This document shows, piece by piece, positions 37,527 through 49,534 of a DNA stretch of 64,000 nucleotides. The translations under genes were made by a program, and so were the position numbers. The stretch covers positions 1 through 64,000 of the forward strand of contig OU015566.1 of the NCBI GenBank assembly GCA_907165135.1, read 5' to 3'. Within the stretch, counting starts at the first letter, position 1. Each line of letters begins with the position of its first letter. Under the pieces are notes generated by a model. That model did not search any database. It was not told the origin of the DNA and saw nothing but the letters and a program-made list of their open reading frames with translations. This stretch comes from Oikopleura dioica (lineage: Eukaryota; Animalia; Chordata).

Positions 37527-38825
37527 TGATATCCTTAGGGAACAACGCCTCAAGCAATACAAAAAATTTATTTCACGGCCAAATATTTACGTCAATTCGG
37601 TTCTTCGTTGGTTTAAATTTGTCTTGTCAACTTGGTATTACCAAATTGATCCGACATTTTTCCGAAAATCATTTCACGATATTCTTCTCAAAATGAAAAG
37701 ATGGTCAGTTTTTACGAGCCAGATTGACCCAAAATTGTCTTATCATCATGTCATCTCTTTACGATTTGTACTTTTATCATTGAAATGCTCATATGCTCTC
37801 ATCATAATCAACGGGTCGGAAACTAATTAAGGGTTTATTCAGTCTAGGATTAATGTGTATGTACGCATACTTTGGAAAAAATCTTAATTCGTTTCTGACT
37901 ATTCTAGTGCGATCTGACGTCCATTCATCAAAAATATGCAATTCGCAAAACCGCATGTTTAATCTATTTATTGATATTTCTTATCATTGCTTTGCGATTT
38001 TAAAAGTTCGATTATTGACAGTTCATACGATTCAACTTCTACAACAAGATAGCCGTCAACACCTTCTTCAACAACAACTACTCCAACGAGCCGATAAACC
38101 GTCGTATCATCTCGGTGCCGTGGGGTCGGACAAACTCTCTGTCAGTGCGTCCGCTTGTCGCAAACTAGCTCATCCGTAAGAGAAGATACTGTGCGAACCG
38201 CGACAGTAACTTCCCCCGGGTATGTTCCTTGGAATTTGTTTCTTCTATGATTTCAATTTTGATAAATTTATTTTATAAAATCCTGACCAAATTTTATTCA
38301 ATTTATTTGTTAAAATTTTGTACATATTCTTTTACTTTTCTCATCCCTTTTTTATATATTTCAATCTTAATTAACAGTCACTTCTACGGTCACATAGTGA
38401 GAAGTTTTAGTGGCTGTTATTATTTTCTGCTTTTTATTATGAAAAAAATTAATTTGCGTTTTATCTCGTCACGCGCGGCGCCGGCTCCAGAATCCTTTGA
38501 AAATAACTTGCTTGGCAAGTTCGACCAGCTTATCATCCGAAAAGAAATCGATCCGAAAGGATTTCCCGCTAGAAAAACCGTCAGAGAAAGCCACGGGCTC
38601 TCTTCCTTGTTTTCAAAAGAAAAATTGTTTTTCAAAAACAACCGCTTGTTCAAAAACACTGATTGAATCTCGCTGCTATTTAACCCCGCGTCGCGCCTTT
38701 TTCCGGCATTCAAATCACAAATAAAACCACGCAAATTTCAAATTTGATTCTCGATATTTTCGCTTGGCATTCTAGAGTAAGAGATTAGAGAGCAAAATTC
38801 CTGCAGGACAGCCGCTTCCGTATCA
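37527..38825 (+). repeat. 3' LTR of A2
   Basis: Direct repeat of the 5' LTR with a few SNPs. Confidence 0.95.
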
Positions 38826-39285
38826 TCTTCCGAGCGTCATTTTGGTTGATTCTGAGCCTCTCAAACCCAACAGAAAAAAAATTCAAAAAAAAAAATTTTT
38901 TTTTCGATGGTCATCGTTATCATGAATCGCCCAAAAACGAGGTCAAAATTTTGAAATTTCGTTATTTGCTCTTATTTTATTTGCAGCGTTTCTGCCGTCT
39001 TCCGAGCGTCATTTTGGTTGATTCTGAGCCTCTCAAACCCAACAGAAAAAATTCAAAAAATTTTTTCGATGGTCATCATTATCATGAATCGCCCAAAAAC
39101 GAGGTCAAAATTTTGAAATTTCGTTTTTGCCCTTATTTTATTTGCAGCGTTTCTGCCGTCTTTCGAGCGTCATTTTGGTTGATACTGAGCCTCTCAAACC
39201 CAACAGAAAAAAAATTCAAAAAAAAAATTTTTTTTTCGATGGTCATCGTTATCATGAATCGCCCAAAAACGAGGTCAAAATTTTT
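38826..39285 (-). repeat. ~170 bp satellite, array 4 (inverted)
   Basis: About 2.7 monomers in reverse complement. Confidence 0.93.
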
Positions 39286-41293
39286 AAACTTCTCTGCAAA
39301 CTTCGATTAAGTTCAGTCGGACCCCCGGCCATACCGAGCCGAGGAGAAAATCACCTGTCTCGGTTCAGTTCAGTCGAATCCTCGGCCAAAGTGACCCGAG
39401 GAGAAGTTTACTTTCCTCGATTCAAGTCAGTCGGACCTCCGCAAAAACTGACCCCTTCTGGTTTAGTTCAGTTGGACCCCAAGCATAACTGACCCAAGGA
39501 GAAGGTCAGCTCTCTCTGCTTAATTCTGTTCGACCAACGGCAAATACTGACCCAAGGAGACGGTCACCTCTCTAGAGTCAGTTCAGTCGGACCCCGGCAA
39601 AATTGACGCGTGGAGAAGGTCACTCCTAAAGGTTCAGTTCAGTCCGAACTCCGACCAAACTGACCCGAAAAGAAGGTCATCTCTCTCGGTTCAGTTCAGT
39701 TGGACCTCCGCCATAACGGCCCGAGGAGAAGGTTGTCCTTCTCGCTCCAGTTAAGTCGGACCCCGGCCATACCGACCCGAGAAGACAATCACCTCTCTCG
39801 GTTCAGTCCAGTCGAACCTCCGGCAAAACTGACCCGTGGAGAAGGTCACCTCTCTGGGTTTTGTTCAGTCGGACCCCAAGCAAAACTGTCCCGAGAAGAA
39901 AGTCATCTCTCACGGCTGGACCATCGGGAAAAACTGACCCAAGGAGAAGGTCACCTCTCTCTGCTAAGTTCAGTCGGACCCCCGGCCAAAGGGGCCCGAG
40001 GAGAAGGTCGCCTTTCTCTGTACACTTCAGTCAGACCTCCGTCTAAACTGATCCGAGGAGAATTTCACTTCTCTCGGCTTACTTCAGTCGGACTCCGTCA
40101 AAATTGACCCGGGGAGAACGTCAACTTTCACGGCTTAGTTCTGTTTGACCATCGGCAAAATCTGACCCAAAAAGAAGGTCACCTCACTCGGTTCAGCTCA
40201 GTCGGACATCCGGCCAAACTGACCCAAGGAGAAGATGATTTTTTTCTATTCAGTTCACCAGGACCCCTTTTAACTGACCCGAGGAGAAGGTCATCTCTCT
40301 CGGCTTAGTTTTGTTGTACCATCGGCAAAAACTGACCAAAGGAGAAGGTCACCTCTCTCGGTCCAGTTAAGTCGGACGTCCGGCCAATTTGACCCGAGAA
40401 GAATGTCACCTCTCTCTGCTGAGTTCAGTCGGACCCCCGGCCAAAGGGGCCCGAGGAGAAGGTCACCTCACTCGGTCCAGTTTCGTCAGAACCCCGCCAT
40501 ACTGACCCGAGGAGAAGGTCACTTCTCAAGGTTAAGTATAAAACCCCGGCCTAACTGACAAAAGGAGAAGGTCACCTCTCTCCGTTCAATTTAGTCGGGC
40601 CCACGCCAAATTGACTCGAGGAAAATGTCATCTCTCTCAGTTTAGTTCAGTCGGACCCTGGCAAAACTGTTAAGAGAGAGGTCAACTCTCTCGGTCCAGT
40701 TAAGTCGGACAACCGGCCAACTTGACCCGAGAAGAAGGTCATCTCTCTCGGTTCCGTTCAGTCTTATGCCCGGCCAAACTGACCCGAAGAGAAGGTCACC
40801 CCTCTTGGCTTAGTTCTGTTGGACCATCGGCAAAATCTGACCCAAGGAGAATGTCACCAGCTCTTTGTCCAGTTATGTCTGACAACCGGCCAACTTGACC
40901 CGAGAAGGAGATCATCTCTCTCGGTTTCGTTTAGTTGGACCCCCGCCATTCTGACCCGAGGAGAAGGTCACCTCTCTCGGTTTGGTTCAGTCTGAACCCC
41001 GGCCAGCTGACCCGAGGAAAAGGTCACCCCTCTCCGTTCAGTAGAATTGAACAATCGGCTAAACTGACCCGAGGAGAAGGCCACCTCTATCGGTTAAGTT
41101 CAGTCAGACCCCATGAAAACTTGATCCGAGAAGAAGATTACCACTCTCGGTTCAGTTTAATTGGATCATCGGCCGAACTGACCCGAGGAGAAGTTCAACT
41201 ACATCGGTTCAGCTCAGTCGGACCCCATGCAAACTTGACCCGAGGAGAAGGTCACCCTTGTGGGTTTAGTTCAGGCGGACCCCAAGGCCAACA
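39286..41293. repeat. Diverged ~57-bp GC-richer minisatellite (~35 units)
   Basis: Approximate consensus gagaaggtcacctctctcggttcagttcagtcggaccccggccaaactgacccgag; gaaggt recurs every 56-59 bp. Confidence 0.92.
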
Positions 41294-41336
41294 GGGTTTG
41301 AGAGGCTCAGAATCAACCAAAATGACGCTCGGAAGA

Positions 41337-42634
41337 TGATACGGAAGCGGCTGTCCTGCAGGAATTTTGCTCTCTAATCTCTTACTCTAGAATGCCAAGC
41401 GAAAATATCGAGAATCAAATTTGAAATTTGCGTGGTTTTATTTGTGATTTGAATGCCGGAAAAAGGCGCGACGCGGGGTTAAATAGCAGCGAGATTCAAT
41501 CAGTGTTTTTGAACAAGCGGTTGTTTTTGAAAAACAATTTTTCTTTTGAAAACAAGGAAGAGAGCCCGTGGCTTTCTCTGACGGTTTTTCTAGCGGGAAA
41601 TCCTTTCGGATCGATTTCTTTTCGGATGATAAGCTGGTCGAACTTGCCAAGCAAGTTATTTTCAAAGGATTCTGGAGCCGGCGCCGCGCGTGACGAGATA
41701 AAACGCAAATTAATTTTTTTCATAATAAAAAGCAGAAAATAATAACAGCCACTAAAACTTCTCACTATGTGACCGTAGAAGTGACTGTTAATTAAGATTG
41801 AAATATATAAAAAAGGGATGAGAAAAGTAAAAGAATATGTACAAAATTTTAACAAATAAATTGAATAAAATTTGGTCAGGATTTTATAAAATAAATTTAT
41901 CAAAATTGAAATCATAGAAGAAACAAATTCCAAGGAACATACCCGGGGGAAGTTACTGTCGCGGTTCGCACAGTATCTTCTCTTACGGATGAGCTAGTTT
42001 GCGACAAGCGGACGCACTGACAGAGAGTTTGTCCGACCCCACGGCACCGAGATGATACGACGGTTTATCGGCTCGTTGGAGTAGTTGTTGTTGAAGAAGG
42101 TGTTGACGGCTATCTTGTTGTAGAAGTTGAATCGTATGAACTGTCAATAATCGAACTTTTAAAATCGCAAAGCAATGATAAGAAATATCAATAAATAGAT
42201 TAAACATGCGGTTTTGCGAATTGCATATTTTTGATGAATGGACGTCAGATCGCACTAGAATAGTCAGAAACGAATTAAGATTTTTTCCAAAGTATGCGTA
42301 CATACACATTAATCCTAGACTAAATAAACCCTTAATTAGTTTCCGACCCGTTGATTATGATGAGAGCATATGAGCATTCCAATGATAAAAGTACAAATCG
42401 TAAAGAGATGACATGATGATAAGACAATTTTGGGTCAATCTGGCTCGTAAAAACTGACCATCTTTTCATTTTGAGAAGAATATCGTGAAATGATTTTCGG
42501 AAAAATGTCGGATCAATTTGGTAATACCAAGTTGACAAGACAAATTTAAACCAACGTAGAACCGAATTGACGTAAATATTTGGCCGTGAAATAAATTTTT
42601 GTATTGCTTGAGGCGTTGTTCCCTAAGGATATCA
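41337..42634 (-). repeat. 3' LTR of A3
   Basis: Shares diagnostic SNPs with the 3' LTR of A2. Confidence 0.95.
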
Positions 42635-42682
42635 CTGTGACCTTCCATGGGTCGCAAACGAGCATCTTTTTGCCTTTCTTTT

Positions 42683-45600
42683 TCATATTTCAGTTTCAAA
42701 GTCAGGAAGAAAAACAAGAACATTTTTTCGCATCGGATGATTTGGAAATTTTTCAGCAATTCTGTTTCGATAGATGCCTGTAAGATTGTCTTGGAGCAGT
42801 TTTTAAACTTACAGGGTAAATCATAAAAAGCGCAAACAGTCTTTAGCTCGGGGACAGTTAGTTCGTACAACGTTCGCTCTTTTGCACTCTAAAGACCGCA
42901 AAAAAGAAGTTGTCCGTTTCTCGATTTACGCCAATTCGGATATTCTCTACGAATAGTTTCCTTCACTTTTATCTGAAGTTTCGCCCTTGATTCCTCAAGA
43001 TCAAAGTCCTGATTCATTTTAAAAGAATAAATAAAAGTGAGTCTCTTGTTAATTCGTTTAGTTTGATAAATATACCATTTTCAACATAAGTCTCCTCTAT
43101 GTCGTCTGTATTTTTCCATTTATCATTTAGATGTTCAAAAAGTCAAGATCATGATTTTCCATTTTAATTAAAATTGACATGTTTTCCAAATTATTTTCCA
43201 CTGTAAATTTAGCAATTTTACGCTCGACAACGGAATCATCAGATCTTTCCCTTCTTCGTTTTAGAGCAACTAGCGGATCAATTTCGGGCAATTTATCATA
43301 CGATGTCAAATTAACAGAAAGCTCAGAATCAGAACTTGATTTCTCGGAATCAAGCACAATATCTGATCCATTTCCTACTTGATTCAAATCAGGTTCTTGA
43401 TTACGATAAATTTTCGGTAATGGCATTTCTATCAAAAGAGTCGAAGAGGATGAAACATTTTCTGGTTCTAAAGAAGAACTAGACCGCTCCCGATAAGGTT
43501 CCGATTGTAATGACTGATCTGACATTTCAGAGGATAAAGGTTCATGCGCTTTTTCCGATTCTTTTTCTGTAGAGAAATCTTCATCAAACCGACCGAGGGA
43601 ATCCTTCGAAAAAGACAGTTTTCAGAAAAAATTTCAAAAGCTCGAGATCATTTTCTTGTGGTTTTGTCACAGTCTTCGGGTATTTTACAACATTATTATT
43701 CGTCTCTAAAATTGAATTTCGTTCAGAATAGCTTTTTATATGCTCTGCATGTCGCCTAAATTCGTCCTTATCATTTTTAACAGTGTACCATAGACCACTC
43801 GGGGATTTAAACGTTACTTCATAGGGACCCAAAAAGGGAGGGAATTTTTCGCGGAAATTTTTTATAAGAACTTTATCGCCTAAATCATATTCTTTGAAAC
43901 GGGGATTATCAAATTTGATCATTCTTTTTTGCTTTTCTTGTTCAATTTTCGCACGAATTTTCTCAAAGTCAACGTCGATTTTATCTCCGTATGTTCGCCA
44001 ATAAGGGTCTTGAAAATGATGACTGATTTTTACACCAGTTTCTACACAAAATGGGGTTGTTCCGAGCACTGTATGTAAACTACTGTTTATTTCATGAACA
44101 ATTTCAAACAGAAAAATATCCCAATTCACCCAGTTTGAACGAGCCCTGAGCCTGGCTTTTATGGTTCGATTGACGTTTTCAACTTGCCCGTTAGATTGGG
44201 GATGACGCGGGGGAATATAATGCACACCAATTTTATTTTCTTTCAAAAATTTTTCAATCAAAACGTGTTCCTTCGCGTTATCTAAAACCATATATTTTGG
44301 AAATTTAGGATTTCTAAATAATACGCTACGGAATTTCTGCAGTAAATGATCCGATTTTTTAGAAGACAAGGGCTCCGCATAAACTTTCTTGCTGAAACCG
44401 TCAATAACCACCATTACATATTTATGACCAAAATCAGTTTCTTGAAGTGGGCCGATCAAATCGAAGTACAAAATTTCAAATGGGCCGCTTGGTGTTTCAG
44501 ATTTACCTAAAGGGGGTTTATTTGGTTGTAGATTTGGTTTTGAAATTTGACATTTGTGACATGATTTGATAAAGCTCGCGACTGTATTTTTTAATCCCGG
44601 CCAAAAATACTTTCTAGAAATTTTTTCGGCTGTAATATCGATTCCAAAATGAGAGTGATCATGATATTCGCTGCAAATTGTTTCTGTCAATGCCTCGGGG
44701 ACGCAAAATCTTTTTTGATGGGCTGGAGAGTTTATAGCTAGTTCCCCGGTCTCAAGGATTTCAAGGTCAGGTCTACGTAAAAAGAATGGGTAAAGCTCAC
44801 TTGGTGGGTTATTTGGCCATCTATCAATACTAACGAAACGTCTAACTTGTGATAATACTCGGTCAGATTTTTGGAATTCTACAAATGATTCAGGGGTGAA
44901 CCTTATTTGATTGATTGAACAATTTAATGTATTACGACTAAGGCAATCACTTATTTTCATCTGATGAGTTTTTCTTTGTTCAATTCGAAATGAAAAGCCC
45001 TGAAGCTCCGTAAACCATCTTTGAATTTTTAAATTACTTGTCTTAAAGGATTTAGCGTATTTCACACAAGAATTATCAGTAATCCAAAGAAAATCGACAT
45101 AAGCAAGATAAGCCCTCCATCGTTCCATACATGTTTTTCCACTATAAAGCTCTTTTTCCAATGTTCCGTATTTCTGTTGTGCCGGCGTGAAATTAAGCGA
45201 GTGATAAGCTATCGGTTGCAAGCAGTTATGCGAATGATGGTGATTTTTATTCCGCTCCGCGCAAAGATAAAGAACTCCACCGAGACTATGATTAGATGCG
45301 TCAGTCTCAAGTACAAAAACACCGTTATTTAGTGGGGGGATTTTGAGCTCAAGGGTGTTTTGGCAGATGATACTTTTGAGCTTTTCGAGTGCAATTGTCG
45401 CCTCTTTTGTCCAACAAAATGAACCTCTGTACGTTTTTGAAATTTCTACTCCCAGGGGTGCAAAATTTTTAATAAATTTTCTGTGCTGCGAAAGAAGGCC
45501 AAAAAGTGATTGTGCCTCCTCACGATTTCTTGGAATAGAAAGATTTTTAACCGCCTCGATCTTGTCCTGTGATGGCCGTATTCTCCCGTTAAAAATTTCA

Positions 45601-47141
45601 AAACCCAAAATGCATGCTTTTCGCTCAAAGAAACTCGCTTTGTCAATATTAATTCGTAAATTATTTTGATCTAAAATTTGAAAAAATTTACATAAATTGG
45701 CTAGGTGTTCTTCTTCTGTTCTTGAATGGACCACTAAATCATCAAGATATGCGCAAATTTGAGTTTTTGGCGTGTCTCGTAAAATAACATCCATACATTT
45801 TGCGAAATGAATAGGGGCATTTTTAAGACCCATTGGAAGTCTTTTCCAAGTAAATTGTCCGTCTTCAGTCGAAAAAGCTAGTTTTTCTCGCGATTTCTCA
45901 TCCACGAGGCACTGATGAAATCCTTTACGCAAATCCACGCAAGAAAAAATAAGGCTATTCTCTAAAAATCCTAAAACGTCCTCAATTTGTTGCAGCGGGT
46001 GATGCTGCTGAAGCGTGAATGAATTTAATTTCCTGTAATCTATACACAATCTGAATGTACCATTTCGTTTTCTTACGAGTAACGCGGGGCTATTATAGGG
46101 TGAATTTACTCGCATTATTATGTCTTGCCCAAGGTAGGAGGTAAGAGTACCGGTCATTACTCCCCGCAAGGCATACGGCGTTCTGTACATATTGCTACAA
46201 ATCGGGCGATCAGTCTCAAGTTCAATCGAAAATTTTTCAAGGTTCGAGACAGGCAAATCGTCGTCCTCGTCTTGAAACAAATGAGTATAAATGCCGAGAA
46301 GATCGAAAAATCTTGGCTTATTGCTCTCCGATAAATTGCCTATTTTTAATCGTGAAAGAAGAAAATCAAGATCCTTTTTAGAGGGCTTTATGCACGCGAT
46401 TTCAGCTATTTCTGCAAGTTTTGCGAAGGCCGTGCCAGCGGGAATTTTTATTGTCGAATTAAGAGGGTTTATGACAAGAACTCGAAAAAATGGATTTTCT
46501 GGATCAACTCTTTGAAATGATTCTATTAATTCGAGCTTGGAATTTCTAAGCTGACTTTTTTCTAAAAAAAGATTCATTGATCTATTCAAATGAGGAATTT
46601 TCAAATCGATTATTTGCTCACTTTTGCCTCTGAATGTGAAATTTTGTTCAGAAACGGCATAAAAACTGTCATGCTCAATGTTATTAATTTTTGGGCTTTT
46701 TGATGAATTATTACATAAATTCGCCATTCGCTCGATAGGACCAGATTTAACAAGACGATTACGATGAAGATTAATCATTAATTCATTAGATTTGAGTGCT
46801 TCCGAACCGAGAATCGCCTCACAATTGTCATTTACAATGTAAAATCGTGATTTACCCCATTTTTCCGTTTTAACATGAAAATCACATTCAACAAAACCAA
46901 GAATTTCAATACTTCCTCCACCATAATTTTTAGCAAAAATATCAGGGGCTTGAATTTTAACATTATCGGGAATAAATGATTTGGGCAAAAGATTAAGTTG
47001 GGAACCTGAATCGACGAGCATTTTTATTTTCTTTGAAAAAATTGTCATTTCTACAAAATATTGTAATCCAATGCGAAAAATTGAACAAGTTCTTGGAACT
47101 GGTGCCTGACCAGGGCTTTCAGTTCTATTTACTCGTTTTTT
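42683..47141 (-). CDS. pol: Pol of A3; 1154-aa uninterrupted PR-RT-RH-IN ORF at 43584-47048, tail broken by indels
   Basis: ORF track 43584-47048, 43127-43525 and 42466-42870. Confidence 0.95.
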
Positions 47142-48238
47142 GAAGTTTCTTCTCCCTCGACCCGAGCAGCTCTGTAAATTCTATCGGGATTATCGGGACA
47201 GGCCGTTTTCATGTGGCCTTTTTTCTGACAAAAATGACAGGTTATAAAGGGGCAATGCGATCTAAAATGAGTGTCTGTGTTACAAAATCCACAAAATCGT
47301 CGTGGCCTTTGCCGATCTGAGTTTGGCGCGCCCAAATTTCGACTTTGAAAATTCCGTTGCTGGTTATTTTGGCGCGTCAAACTCTGATCGTTTCGGCGAT
47401 CAACTTCCAATTTTGCAATTGTTGCCGTTAGTTTTTCAATTTAATCATGTAGCGCACATGCCCGTTTTTCCGCCGCCTCTTCTGATTTTTTCTGTTCAAT
47501 TTTCAATTGAGCAATTTGATCCTCAAAGGACATTGTCGATTTCGAAATTAAGTCAGAAGTCGACTGGAAAAACGAGCCCAGTTTCGCGTCAATCTCGATT
47601 TGGGCAATTTTGGGGACAGTCTCATTTCGTTTTCTTTTGTCAAGAAATTTGGATATTTCCTCGGGGGTTTTTTCAAGCATACACTGATCGCGAAGAAAAT
47701 TCTGCAGTTCGGGCGTTAGCGATTTTCTAAATTGCGCGTCGATAATGTATTCTCTCGCATCTGGTTTCTGCGTAATCTTCTCCGCGACCGTTTTGACACG
47801 TGACAAAAAAATCTCGAACTTTTCATTATTCTCGCTCATACGAGCGAGATTTTCCATTTTCTCTTTGTTTCGAAGGATCTTTTCCTCGGGCGATTCGTCG
47901 CCAAAAACAGAAGTCAAAAAAGACAATTTTTCCTCAGCTGATTCAAATCCATAAAGATCTTCCCCGTATTCCCTAAGAAATTCTGGCTCGCATGAATTAT
48001 AAACAAAAGAACTTGAAAGGCGCGAAAATTGAGCCTCGAGGTCCTCTTTGTTTTCGGGTTTATTTTCCGCGAGAGATTTTTCAAAAATCCATTTTGCTCG
48101 CTGTAATTTGTCTTTGATTGTAGAGTTAATCAAATGAAATTCGAAATTTCTCATTCCTAATCTAATCATCTGATTTGGGGAAACCGAAAAAAGCGCATGA
48201 CTCTTGTACAGTACCTCTTCAGGAGTTGGAGTCACCAT
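47129..48238 (-). CDS. gag: Gag of A3 (one frame break)
   Basis: ORFs 47441-48238 and 47129-47410 match A2 Gag. Confidence 0.92.
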
Positions 48239-49534
48239 GATACGGAAGCGGCTGTCCTGCAGGAATTTTGCTCTCTAATCTCTTACTCTAGAATGCCAAG
48301 CGAAAATATCGAGAATCAAATTTGAAATTTGCGTGGTTTTATTTGTGATTTGAATGCCGGAAAAAGGCGCGACGCGGGGTTAAATAGCAGCGAGATTCAA
48401 TCAGTGTTTTTGAACAAGCGGTTGTTTTTGAAAAACAATTTTTCTTTTGAAAACAAGGAAGAGAGCCCGTGGCTTTCTCTGACGGTTTTTCTAGCGGGAA
48501 ATCCTTTCGGATCGATTTCTTTTCGGATGATAAGCTGGTCGAACTTGCCAAGCAAGTTATTTTCAAAGGATTCTGGAGCCGGCGCCGCGCGTGACGAGAT
48601 AAAACGCAAATTAATTTTTTTCATAATAAAAAGCAGAAAATAATAACAGCCACTAAAACTTCTCACTATGTGACCGTAGAAGTGACTGTTAATTAAGATT
48701 GAAATATATAAAAAAGGATGAGAAAAGTAAAAGAATATGTACAAAATTTTAACAAATAAATTGAATAAAATTTGGTCAGGATTTTATAAAATAAATTTAT
48801 CAAAATTGAAATCATAGAAGAAGCAAATTCCAAGGAACATACCCGGGGGAAGTTACTGTCGCGGTTCGCACAGTATCTTCTCTTACGGATGAGCTAGTTT
48901 GCGACAAGCGGACGCACTGACAGAGAGTTTGTCCGACCCCACGGCACCGAGATGATACGACGGTTTATCGGCTCGTTGGAGTAGTTGTTGTTGAAGAAGG
49001 TGTTGACGGCTATCTTGTTGTAGAAGTTGAATCGTATGAACTGTCAATAATCGAACTTTTAAAATCGCAAAGCAATGATAAGAAATATCAATAAATAGAT
49101 TAAACATGCGGTTTTGCGAATTGCATATTTTTGATGAATGGACGTCAGATCGCACTAGAATAGTCAGAAACGAATTAAGATTTTTCCAAAGTATGCGTAC
49201 ATACACATTAATCCTAGACTGAATAAACCCTTAATTAGTTTCCGACCCGTTGATTATGATGAGAGCATATGAGCATTCCAATGATAAAAGTACAAATCGT
49301 AAAGAGATGACATGATGATAAGACAATTTTGGGTCAATCTGGCTCGTAAAAACTGACCATCTTTTCATTTTGAGAAGAATATCGTGAAATGATTTTCGGA
49401 AAAATGTCGGATCAATTTGGTAATACCAAATTGACAAGACAAATTTAAACCAACGTAGAACCGAATTGACGTAAATATTTGGCCGTGAAATAAATTTTTT
49501 GTATTGCTTGAGGCGTTGTTCCCTAAGGATATCA
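48238..49534 (-). repeat. 5' LTR of A3
   Basis: Near-identical to the A1 and A2 5' LTRs. Confidence 0.95.

Larger units (their letters stand above)
30617..38825 (+). mobile_element. Full-length family A element, copy A2, TSD TCTTC
   Basis: LTRs 30617-31916 and 37527-38825; TCTTC at 30612-30616 and 38826-38830. Confidence 0.97.
41337..49534 (-). mobile_element. Full-length family A element, copy A3, TSD GAAGA (= TCTTC)
   Basis: LTRs 41337-42634 and 48238-49534; GAAGA at 41332-41336 and 49535-49539. Confidence 0.97.

Noticed and set aside
39286-41293. CRISPR-like array
   Set aside because: Eukaryotic context, no unique spacers, no cas genes
41288-41300. Apparent micro-inversion CAACAG|GGTTTG at the minisatellite/satellite junction
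   Set aside because: Most of it is explained by the 57-bp unit (ggccaa); only ~3 nt are unexplained
39700-41339. 19-aa-repeat ORFs in the 57-bp array, and the 171 = 3 x 57 length relation to the main satellite
   Set aside because: Stops and indels interrupt the frames, and I see no sequence homology between the two repeats
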